Assembly (NCBI GenBank): GCA_965223005.1
Contig: CBDCVK010000002.1
Coordinates: 160,001-224,000, forward strand
Source of the DNA: Terriglobia bacterium
GTDB lineage: Bacteria > Acidobacteriota > Terriglobia > JAJPHL01 > JAPKYU01
Reading direction: 5' to 3'
DNA: 64,000 bases
Below are positions 39,034-48,930 of the stretch, piece after piece. The translations under genes were made by a program, and so were the position numbers. How positions within the stretch are numbered: position 1 is the stretch's first letter; each line of letters begins with the position of its first letter. The notes beneath the pieces are model-generated. The model was not told the DNA's origin, searched no databases, and saw only the letters and a program-made list of their open reading frames with translations.

Positions 39034-40104
39034 ATGGAACAGTTCCTGATTGGTGCGGCTGGTTGGGTAGTGTGGGTGTACTCAGGAGCCATCCTGGTGG
39101 TGGCGGTTCTTGTAGCCCTGCTCGGGCACTATCTCGTCTTTTCTGCGGCGAAGCGGGTTGCTGGGCGAACCGAAAGCCAAGTCGACGACTTGCTGATCCA
39201 GCACGGACGAAAACCGGCCCGGCTGATCTTCCCGCTTCTGGGGGTCTTTCTGATTCTGGTGGCTTTGCCGCTCCCACCGGGTCCGGTTGGAGCAATCCGG
39301 CACGGCCTAGGCCTGGCTTTGATTGCCTCGGTCGCATGGCTGATTGTGCGGCTCTTTCAGGTCTTTGACGACCTCATTGCCATCAAATACAGGGTTGACG
39401 TCGAAGACAATCTGGCAGCGCGTCGGATCCAAACGCAGGTCCGAGTCCTTCGGCGCATTGGCGTGGTCATCGTTGGCGTCGTGACTCTCGGTCTGATGTT
39501 GATGACCTTCCCGAGTGTCTGGAATCTCGGCGCTGGGCTGTTCGCTTCGGCAGGGGCCGTCGGCCTGATCATGGGCATGGCCGCACGGCCAGCGCTTTCG
39601 AACCTGCTGGCGGGTATCCAGATTGCCATGACCCAACCCATCCGCCTCGATGACGTTGTGATTGTGGAGGGCGAATGGGGCTGGATCGAAGAGATTGGTG
39701 CCACCTATGTCGTTGTGCGCATTTGGGACCTTCGCCGGCTGGTGTTACCGCTCACGTATTTTATGGAACGGCCCTTCCAAAATTGGACCCGCAGCTCGGC
39801 CGACATTCTGGGCACCGTTTCTGTCTACGCCGATTACAGCGTGCCGGTCCAGGAGGTGCGCGAGGAGCTACACCGTATCCTGCAAGCTTCGGATCTGTGG
39901 GACGGCAAGGTCTGGAATCTGCAGGTCACCAACGCCACCGAGCACACCATGGAGCTGCGGGCGCTAATGAGCTCTGTGGACTCGGGAGCATCCTGGAACC
40001 TGCGCTGCCATGTCCGCGAGAAGTTGATTGCATTCCTGAAGGAGCGTTGCCCGGAGAGCCTGCCTCGCACGCGGGCGGAAGTTCGAACCGCTGCCCTGGC
40101 CTGA
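39034..40104 (+). CDS. MscS-family mechanosensitive channel
   Basis: N-terminal TM helices; NLLAGIQIAMTQPIRLDD, GWIEEIG, PFQNW. Confidence 0.93.
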   Translation: MEQFLIGAAGWVVWVYSGAILVVAVLVALLGHYLVFSAAKRVAGRTESQVDDLLIQHGRKPARLIFPLLGVFLILVALPLPPGPVGAIRHGLGLALIASVAWLIVRLFQVFDDLIAIKYRVDVEDNLAARRIQTQVRVLRRIGVVIVGVVTLGLMLMTFPSVWNLGAGLFASAGAVGLIMGMAARPALSNLLAGIQIAMTQPIRLDDVVIVEGEWGWIEEIGATYVVVRIWDLRRLVLPLTYFMERPFQNWTRSSADILGTVSVYADYSVPVQEVREELHRILQASDLWDGKVWNLQVTNATEHTMELRALMSSVDSGASWNLRCHVREKLIAFLKERCPESLPRTRAEVRTAALA

Positions 40105-40249
40105 GGAGTGACCAGTCTGCGATCGTATCCCGGGGTGCAAGAGCGCAGGCGCGATTGCGCCCTTGCCACGCGGAAACTCACGCCGGGCGAGATGGACATA
40201 CGACCCCATCGGGTGTAGCCTTGGTCATTCTCTTCCGAAGCAGACAGCT

Positions 40250-43200
40250 ATGCCTACGTCCTTGATTCGTAGCGTGGGACCGGGAATGGCGCTGCTAGCG
40301 CTTGGGCTGCTAGCCAGCGGCTTGATGAAGCTGGATTCGGGCCCACTCCTTGCTAATAAGCCATCCTCCGCAGCGAAAACTCCGACGGTCAACAAGCCGC
40401 AGGTGGTGGAGAACTACGGCAAGCTACCCCTGAGCTTTGAAGCCAATCAGGGGCAGAGCGACAGCCAGGTGGACTTCCTGTCGCGGGGCAGCGGCTACAC
40501 GCTGTTCTTGACCCCAACTGAGGCCGTGTTGGCCTTGCGCAAGCCCGTCGCGTCCAACAAACCGCGCGGAGACAATGCGTTGCCACCCAATGCAGAAGCA
40601 GAGCAGGCTCCTGCTATCCCGCCCGCAGTGGTGCGCATGAAGTTGGTCGGCGCCAACCCGTCGCCGCGGGTGTCGGGACTGGACGAGCTGCCTGGCAAGA
40701 GCAACTACTTCCTCGGCAACGATCCCGACAAATGGCGCACCGATGTGCCTCACTACGCCAAGGTGTCCTACAAGGATGTTTATCCCGGCGTGGACTTGGT
40801 TTACTACGGCAATCAGCGCCAACTGGAGTATGACCTGGTGGTCGGGCCGGGGGCCGATCCGGCCGCCATCGCGCTCAGCTTTGACGGTGTCGAGAGGCTC
40901 CGGATTGATGCCCAGGGCGACCTTGTGCTAGACACCGCTGACGGAGAGATCCGCCAGCACAAGCCTCTGGTGTATCAGGAGGTGGACGACGTCCGGCGGG
41001 AAATCCCTGGGGCCTACGTGCTCAGCGGCGAGCGGCAGGTGGGCTTCGAGGTGGCCGCCTATGATTCCAGCCAGCCTCTGATCATTGATCCGGTGCTGGC
41101 ATATTCCACCTACCTCGGGGGCAGCGACGGCGACCGGGGCGAAGACATTGCCGTAGATTCCTCCGGCAACGCCTACGTCACGGGCAGGACGTTTTCGACC
41201 GACTTCCCTACTGTGAATCCCTTCCAGGCCGCCCTCGGGGGCACTAGTGGTGATGTTGACGTATTTGTGACGAAACTGAATGCCGCCGGCAACACTGTGG
41301 TTTACTCCACCTACCTCGGGGGTAGTGACGAAGATTTCGGCCCCGACATCGCCGTCGACAGCTCGGGCAATGCCTACGTGACAAGCAGAACGAAGTCGAC
41401 CGACTTCCCCACGGCCAATCCATTCCAGGCTACCCACGGCGGCGGTGGCCTCGACGGCTTTGTGGCAAAATTGAATCCCTCCGGCAGCGCTTGGGTTTAT
41501 GCCACCTACCTGGGCGGCATTAGCAGCGATGAACCCACAGACATTGCGGCAGATGCGTCAGGTAACGCCTACGTGACAGGGGAGACCGCGTCGACGAACT
41601 TCCCCACGGCTAATCCAATACAGGGCACTAAGGCCCTCGGTGACGACGTCTTTGTGACCAAGTTTAATCCCGCCGGTAGTGCCCTGGTGTACTCCACCTA
41701 CCTGGGCGGTAATGGCACCCCCGACACTGGCTTTGCCATTGCCGTAGACGCCTCGGGCAACGCCTACGTGACCGGGGAGACGAATTCGACCGACTTCCCT
41801 ACTGTGAATCCCTTTCAGTCAACTCTCCTTGGAGGCCGCGACGCTTTCATTGCTAAAATCCGTCCAGATATATCGGTCCCGACTTGCACCTACTCGATTT
41901 CCCCGACCAGTGAATCGTTCCCAGCGAGTGGGGGAACCGGCAGCGTGCTGGTGTCAACGCGCTGTGGCTGGAACGCCAAGAGCGACGTGAGCTGGATCAC
42001 CATCACCTCGGCCGCTAGCGGCGGCGGCACTGGCCGGGTGGAGTACTCGGTGGAGGCCAATCCCGACACCGGTTCGCGCATGGGGACGCTGACCATCACC
42101 GGCGGGCAGATCCTCACGGTGACCCAGGCAGGAATGGTCGAGGTTCCTCCGGCCTTGATCGTGACTCCGACCCTGGGCTTTTTCGGAACTGTGGGAGACT
42201 CGCCTGCGCGCCAGGGCTTTCAAATCGGCAGCGACGGCGAGCCGGTGAACTGGACCGCCACGGTCAGGCTGCTGAACGGAAGCGGCTGGCTAACTGTTTC
42301 TCCCAGCTCGGGCGCGGCCAGCCTGGCGCAGCCAGCGGTTGTGATTGCAACGGTCAACTACGGCGCGCTGGGCGGCGCCGGAGTGTTCCAGGCGGTGATT
42401 ACGGTGACCGATACGGCGACCGGCTCTTCGGTCACAGTTCAGGTGACGGCGGTCTTGAGCGCTCCCGTAGCCCGACTGTCGTTGAGCCAGACGTCATTCA
42501 CGTTCCAGGGGATATCCGGCTGGCCGCCTCCTCCGCAGAGCCTTACGGTGTTCAACCAAGGAGCGGGAACGTTGAACTGGTCGCTTTCGGGACTCCCTTC
42601 GTGGCTCACAGCTTCCCCGCCGTCGGGAACGGCAGGGGCGGGCTCGTCCTCCCTGGTCACGCTGACAGCGAATCTGACGGGTCAGGCTACCGGTGTTTTC
42701 CAGGCGCTGGTGACCGCATCCGCTCCGGGAGCAAGCGGTGATCCGCAACTGGTCTCGGTGACGTTGAACGTCGTATCAACGAGCACGGCTCCTTTGGCAG
42801 ACCTAAGTCCGAATGGGATGCTATTCGTCGCCGAGGACGGCGTCACCATACAGCAGGCCGGCACTGTGCCGGGGGCGCAGGAGTTGACGGTGAACAACAC
42901 GGGGGGAGGAACCCTCACGGCAGATTTTGTGGCTGCGACCAGTTCCGGCGGGGAGTGGCTGATGGTGAGCCCGCCGAGCGGGACCGCGTCGGGGGGGGCC
43001 GTTCCCGACGCAGGTTTCGGTAAATCCTGTGGGGCTGGCGCCGGGCGTTTACCGGGGCACTGTTGACGGCAGCTTCTCCTCCAGCGGGCCACAGGAGGTG
43101 GAAGTGTTGCTAATTGTGACGCCGCCGGGCACGTCGCTGCAGACGCAGTCGGGTCTGCCGGGTGCGACCCAGTGCGCTCCATCGGGGCTGCAGTTGCTGT

Positions 43201-44195
43201 CCACGACCATCGGAAGTGGCCTGAGCCTGCCGGTTTCCTTTCCCCGTGTGCTGACCGCGTTGCTGGTGGACAACTGCGGCAGCGCGGTGGACAACGCCAC
43301 GCTGGTGGCCGGGGTGGAAGGTTTGAACATCCCGTTGCGAGGGCTGGGGACCGGCTTGTACAGCGGCACCTGGGTGCCGCAGAGCGAGGCGGCGGAGGTG
43401 ACGGTGACCTTTGCCGCACTGCATCCCGACTTTACCCAGGTGCAGCGGTCCTTCACGGTGGAGACGGCAGCGGCGGCGGGGGCGGTGAGTTTGCCGACGT
43501 TGTTCGCCGACGGGGTGGTGGAAGGGGCCGGCTTCACGAAGCGGCGGCCGCTGTCTCCCGGCGGCATCATTTCCCTGTTTGGCGAGCGCTTCGCTGGCGA
43601 GAACAATTTCGCCACTCAGCTACCGCTGGAGCGGGAGCTGGCCGGGGTGAGCGTGCGCGTCGGCGGCCAGGATGCGCCACTGTATTTCGTCGGTCCGGGG
43701 CAGATCAACGCACAGGTGCCGTTTGAGGTGAGCCATGGCGACAGCGTTCCGGTCGCGACCAGTGTGGGTGGCCTGCTGACGGCGCCGCAGAACTACTTGA
43801 TTGCACCTGCACAGCCGGGCATCTTCATTGCGGGTGACAGCGCCGCCATCCTGGACGCCTCGTTCCTGCTGGTGACGGCGCAGAACCCGGTAGGCCCTGG
43901 CGACACGATACAGATCTTCTGCACCGGTCTGGGGGCCGTGCAGGAGCAGGTGGAAACGGGAGCCCCGGCTCCCTCGTTCAGCACTGTGCAACTGCCGGTG
44001 ACGGTGACCATCGGGGAGATCGAAGCCGCGGTAGCCTTCCAGGGGCTAGCGCCGGGTTTTGTGGGACTCTACCAAGTGAACGTGGTGGTGCCGGCCGGCG
44101 TTGCGCCGGGCGGCGCCGTCCCGCTGGTCCTCACGCAGAACGGGATTGTCGCCAACCCGGATCTGCCCGTGACCATTCCCGTGCAGGCGCCCTGA
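40250..44195 (+). CDS. Large secreted protein: SBBP beta-propeller repeats + BACON-like domains + TIGR03437-like C-terminus, split by a 1-nt frameshift at ~42991
   Basis: LPLSFEANQGQ; repeated YSTYLGG...IAVDSSGNAYVTG; WLTVSP Ig-like repeats; second ORF 43029-44195 with GQINAQVPFE and GLAPGFVGLYQVN; removing one G from G8 (42991-98) joins the two ORFs. Confidence 0.85.
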
Positions 44196-44234
44196 GGCGG
44201 CCTGTACGAGAACAACTAAAGCAAAATCTGCGGA

Positions 44235-45155
44235 CTAGTAGATGCTTTCGGCGAAGACCTGGGAGAGATACTGGCGGCTGTCGCGAGCGCTTTCCAATGG
44301 CGGCGGCGCCGCAGGATTTTTCAAGTCCACGTCCTGCTCCACGACCGCCCATCCGTCATAGCCGAGACGTTGGAGTTCGTTGCGGAGCGCAGCAAAATCC
44401 ACCGCGCCCCTGCCCAGTTCGCAGAAAACTCCTCGGCGAACGCCTTCCAGGAACCCGACTTGGTCGATGCGCGCTCGCTCGAGCACTGCGGGGCGGATGT
44501 CCTTCAAGTGCAGGTATCCCACCCGATTGCCGAAGCGGCGCAGCGCCTCCACTGGGTCACCGCCGCCGTAGACATAGTGGCCGGTATCAAGGCAAAGACC
44601 GACCTCCTTCTCGTCCACCTCGGTCAGGAGTCGCTCCAGTTCGGCTGGGGTTTCAATATACGTGCCAGCGTGATGGTGAAAGACGCAGCGCAGGCCCAGG
44701 TCGCGGCAGGCGGACGACACCTTGCGCACGCTTTCAACAAGCACCTTCCACTCGTCGGCGTCGAGCGAAGGGCCGTCGGAGGCGGCCCGGCCGGCGACCG
44801 CTTCCCGTTCCGGCCACATCGCGTCGACCAGCACGATAAAACGCGCGCCGCAAGCTGCCAGCAGGCGCCCCACGACGAGCGCCTGCTCGATCACCTGATC
44901 TGCGCCTTCCCGCTCCTTCAAAGGCAACAGTATGGCTGCCGAGGTCAGAACCAGTGAACGTCGGGCCAGTTCATCGCGAAGCCGCATGGGCTCGGTCGGG
45001 AAGTACCCATAGGGGCCCAGTTCCGTTCCCATGTAACCTGCGGAGGCAATCTCATCCAGTACCCGAGCGCAGGGGATCGGCGGGCTCCACCCTTCCACCT
45101 CCATGATCCCCCAGCTCGCTGGAGCGTTGGCCAAGCGTACCACTAGCTGGCTCAT
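44235..45155 (-). CDS. Sugar phosphate isomerase/epimerase, IolE (myo-inosose-2 dehydratase)-like
   Basis: NAPASWG, GTELGPYG, FHHHAGT, LCLDTGH, HLKD, VVEQD. Confidence 0.88.
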   Translation of the reverse strand: MSQLVVRLANAPASWGIMEVEGWSPPIPCARVLDEIASAGYMGTELGPYGYFPTEPMRLRDELARRSLVLTSAAILLPLKEREGADQVIEQALVVGRLLAACGARFIVLVDAMWPEREAVAGRAASDGPSLDADEWKVLVESVRKVSSACRDLGLRCVFHHHAGTYIETPAELERLLTEVDEKEVGLCLDTGHYVYGGGDPVEALRRFGNRVGYLHLKDIRPAVLERARIDQVGFLEGVRRGVFCELGRGAVDFAALRNELQRLGYDGWAVVEQDVDLKNPAAPPPLESARDSRQYLSQVFAESIY

Positions 45156-45406
45156 CGTTGCCCTCTCACACTGTGTATCATGGACCACTGGGACACGAAG
45201 GTCTTTTGTCCTTTATTCGCCACGGCGCCAGGCGCTGTCTCCGGAGAATCCAGGCGAAGAACTCCTACATTGTAATATTGCCAGCTAAGCCAAGATGAAG
45301 AAAGCCTCGCTGACCAAGGCGCTATTCAGAACCGGGGCGGAGATTCGCCACTAGTTTTCCGTCGAAGGGAGACCCCCTTTTTGCCGGGCAATCAGAGGCC
45401 GCACAC

Positions 45407-45895
45407 TTATCGCGGCGATGCTGGCACCCGGTCAATTTGTTCTAAGGAACGGCCAGAGCTAAACTCCTGCGCACGCCACGCGTACATTTGCTTTTCCATC
45501 TGATGGAATTTATAAGCTCGCCGGATGACCAAGCGAAGTTCCACGACGTCGGGGGGAATGGCGACCGTGTCGTAGGCGCCTTTTTCCAAGACCCTGCGCG
45601 TCACTGTGAGGTTATCGCTCTCGAGCAACGCGATGACGGGCGGCGGCAGATCGACCTGGTGGATTTGCTCCATGAAGCGAGAGCAGGGAAGCAAACAGTC
45701 GGGATCACCCTCGCCGCCGCCCGCCCGGAGATCCAAGAGCACGAGGTCGCACCAATCTTGCTGCCCGCCATCAAAGTCAAAATCGGGTCGATCGCTCCTG
45801 CGGATCTCGTAGCCCGACCCCAAAGATTTTCCTATGACTTCAGCGAAACCTGCATCCGGGCCGCAGAACCAAACGCGAATGTTTTCCTCATGCAT
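45407..45895 (-). CDS. Response-regulator receiver domain, possibly a truncated sigma54 activator
   Basis: DLVLLDL, PPVIAL, GAYDTV, ELRLVIRRA; ends right after the coiled linker with no output domain. Confidence 0.7.
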   Translation of the reverse strand: MHEENIRVWFCGPDAGFAEVIGKSLGSGYEIRRSDRPDFDFDGGQQDWCDLVLLDLRAGGGEGDPDCLLPCSRFMEQIHQVDLPPPVIALLESDNLTVTRRVLEKGAYDTVAIPPDVVELRLVIRRAYKFHQMEKQMYAWRAQEFSSGRSLEQIDRVPASPR

Positions 45896-46277
45896 GTGGC
45901 ACACTCTCACAGGACTTATTCGAGGGGATCTGCGCGCTATCGGCCCTCCGGGCGGCCCATAGGCTGAACTTCTCGCAGCAGGCGGCAGGTGCTTCCTGCG
46001 CTAAGGTCTCAAGTGACACCTTCCTGCCGATGCTGTCACTGATTCTCTCTGACGTCATGTTGAGAGTCAATGGAACTACAGTCCTACATGGGGATAGCCA
46101 AAAGGTACTGGCCGATACAGTACTTGCTTTCAAAAACTGATTCTACTCGACCTGATCTTGGCGCGCAAGAAGCGGAAAGTCTCTAGCCAAAAAAAAGATC
46201 ACCGGGAAAGAAGTCCGAACCAAACCGCCATGTGTTTTCCTGGGGCTTACCGCGTCTCATGTCAGGTGATCTTAGTC

Positions 46278-48176
46278 CTATGTTTCGGGGACCTCTGCCG
46301 GGATCCCCACCAGGATTTCAACCTTGACCGGTTGCCCCGCCTGTGTGGCCGGCCTGAATTTCCAGCGGCGGAAGGCGGCTACTGCGGCTCGATCCGAGAT
46401 CTCCTCTAATCTTCTCAAAACACGCACGTTGCCTACCGATCCATCACTTCGGATCACTCCACGCAGCACAATCATTAGGTGGGCTTTGTCCTTAGGAACA
46501 GATGCCCGACTGAAATCAAATTGCTCCTCCGCGTAAGGCGAGCCCAAGCTTGGCGCGAGTCGAACGTTGGTAGTCCTTTTGCGACGTGCTCCACCGTTGG
46601 AACCAGCGGAAGAATTGCCGCGGCGGCAGTACTGCAGAACCCAATTCTTGCCGGGCATCGGGAGAGAGATGGTGTAGATCCGGCCTCCTCGAAGCACGCC
46701 ATACACGTTCAATCCACCGCCTCCAGTAGGACCGGCCCTAACCAGCATCTTAGGCCGGCGAGGACCAGGCGCACGTCTTACGGGATAAACCAGGCTGGCA
46801 ATAGCAGCCGAGCTAAGACCCTCTGCTCCGGAAGCAGTTCCCACTCCGGAAGCAGCACCTGCTCCGGAAACGCCCTCGATTCCGGAAACGCCTGGGGCAC
46901 CGCCGCTACCGCTGATACTGACGAAGCCGCCACCCGCAGACTGGCCACCTGCTCCGCTCCCTGCTCCGGATCCGGAACCCTTGCCCCCCGTTCCCCCGCT
47001 GCCGCTGCCTCCTAGTCCGCCCTGTGGGTCCCCTCCAGGGACCCCGCCCGGCGAGCCTGGAGAACCACCAAAGGGTGACATAGAGAAGGCACCGTACCGG
47101 TTTCCTGGGGGAAGCCCAATCTTCGGAAGCGCGCCCCCGGGTTCGACGCCCAACACAAGTAACTCGGGATGATCACCCTGTAGCGCGGATCCGCTTGTGG
47201 CGCTTTGTTTGCCCGATCCCTCTCCCAAAGGCGGCCGGGGCGCGGCCACTTCAAGAATGGGCATTGGCACTATTGCGGGCTCTTGAACAAGATGCAGATC
47301 CGCGGGCTTCGGCGCAACAAGAGGAGCCGGCGCCTTTTGCCCACGAATCTTGACCTTGGGATTCGGCAGAGGAGGTTTAGGAAGCGGCGAGGGCGCCTTG
47401 AGGACTACATTGGGGAGGCGAAGCTCTACCGGAATTATCAATTCGGGAGGGGAATCAGGTTGCAAGATCGTCTGGCGAGTATTATCGGGAGCAGGTGGAG
47501 CCGAGACGATCGTTGCTCGGGGATGGAAAACGGTACTTCCCCGAGCAGGCGGCCGATCAGGCCGAGTGCCACGCCCAGGACTCCCAGAGGGCCCGCGTGC
47601 TTGCATCGGAGGCAGATACATAGCGATGTCTACAAGTTTCACTTCCCGGGGCGGGGGAGCAGGGCGATTCTCTAGAGAAAACAGCGAGGGAAAAAGTAAC
47701 AGGAACGGCACGCGCACAACGAAGAAGGGCAGCGCGAAGTGAAGCAGAACGGAACAAAAAAGCGCACGAGACGGTCGGTAGGATTTTGATGTGAACAGAT
47801 GGAAAAACAACGGGAGCGTCGGATAGGGAATTCTTCGGGAACGACGACACAGGGCCTTCAGTCCTTCCCAAAGGGCTCGATGCCGGGCTTCTCTCTGAAG
47901 CAAGAACTGTGGGGCGCCTTCTTGATCCTCCGGCGGGATCGGGGGAGTTTCGGGGGAACGACGCACCAGAGCCTTCAGTCCTTCCCAAAGAGCTCGATGC
48001 CGTGGTTCTGTCTGAACCAAGAACTGTAGGGCGCCTTCTTGATCCTCCAACGGGACCGGGGGAGTTTCGGGGGAACGACGACACAGCTCCTGCAGTCCTT
48101 CCCAAGAGGCTCGGCGCCCATCTTCTTCAGGGAGGAGAAACCGTGGTGAGCGCTCTGGATTCTCTATTGGTTCCAT
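46278..48176 (-). CDS. TonB-family energy transducer with N-terminal repeats
   Basis: TM helix SVLLH; Pro- and Gly-rich linker; C-terminal GVIRSDGSV...AAFRRWKFRPA...V. Confidence 0.85.
   Translation of the reverse strand: MEPIENPERSPRFLLPEEDGRRASWEGLQELCRRSPETPPVPLEDQEGALQFLVQTEPRHRALWEGLKALVRRSPETPPIPPEDQEGAPQFLLQREARHRALWEGLKALCRRSRRIPYPTLPLFFHLFTSKSYRPSRALFCSVLLHFALPFFVVRVPFLLLFPSLFSLENRPAPPPREVKLVDIAMYLPPMQARGPSGSPGRGTRPDRPPARGSTVFHPRATIVSAPPAPDNTRQTILQPDSPPELIIPVELRLPNVVLKAPSPLPKPPLPNPKVKIRGQKAPAPLVAPKPADLHLVQEPAIVPMPILEVAAPRPPLGEGSGKQSATSGSALQGDHPELLVLGVEPGGALPKIGLPPGNRYGAFSMSPFGGSPGSPGGVPGGDPQGGLGGSGSGGTGGKGSGSGAGSGAGGQSAGGGFVSISGSGGAPGVSGIEGVSGAGAASGVGTASGAEGLSSAAIASLVYPVRRAPGPRRPKMLVRAGPTGGGGLNVYGVLRGGRIYTISLPMPGKNWVLQYCRRGNSSAGSNGGARRKRTTNVRLAPSLGSPYAEEQFDFSRASVPKDKAHLMIVLRGVIRSDGSVGNVRVLRRLEEISDRAAVAAFRRWKFRPATQAGQPVKVEILVGIPAEVPET
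47835..48115 (-). repeat. ~120-bp (40-aa) tandem repeat, ~2.5 copies, inside the TonB gene
   Basis: RA(L/S)WEGL..L.RRSPETPP.P.EDQEGA.QFL repeated. Confidence 0.85.
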
Positions 48177-48329
48177 TGTTTGAGCTTGCGGCAGCCTCTC
48201 AAGGTCTCCTCCTACAGCAGGGAGAAGGAAACGTGCCGCGGAGCTATTCTAACCCAAGCCAGCAGACCCGCGTCTCGGAATACGGTACACCGAAGGTTCG
48301 CTCAGAGCCCTAAAATTCGTCCGGAACTC

Positions 48330-48524
48330 GCCTCTATCCAGGCCAACGGCCATCGTATTTCAACTGCGTGTATTGGGTGTCGAGATCAGAACATCCGCAT
48401 CGCCTGCCTGTTCCCTCAAGTTCGCATCAAACAGACCGTTGTAGAGCGGATTCTCTACGTGGCGGAAGGTATTAGGCTCTTGCGTCGGCAGGCAACCCCG
48501 CGCTCCCCATATTTCCACGCGCAT
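48330..48524 (-). pseudogene. Internally deleted MBL-fold hydrolase remnant
   Basis: N-terminal MRVEIWGARGCLPT fused to a C-terminal-like LREQAGDADVLI / (frameshift) DTQYT segment. Confidence 0.55.
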
Positions 48525-48930
48525 TCCGGCACCTTCCCCAACGGGGATAGCACGTGTTGTGCCAAATGAAAGCTTGAGAGGAAACGCGGACGCCCTCTTG
48601 TGAACCCCTCTGCAAGACGGCCACTTAACGCCCACCGCGCGGTGGGTCTCGGCGACCAAGGTTCCTTGCGGAGTATCCTTTTCAGGACACCAATGCTGCC
48701 CAAGAGGACTTATGCTCCTTGAGCCCAGCGGTCTCCAATCGGGAACACATCTTCGCGCAGGGATGTGCCGTTTTCGGGCCAGAAGTATAGGCGGCGGACG
48801 ATCTGCCAGGTGAGGGTAGAAGCAGCGGGTGGGGGTAGAAAGGACAAACTGGTTCCGGCGCCGGGCGGATGATTCTTTCTTTCCGGTTCCCGCGCTCTCC
48901 TCGATGCTATACTGTCTGACCTGCGAGCCC

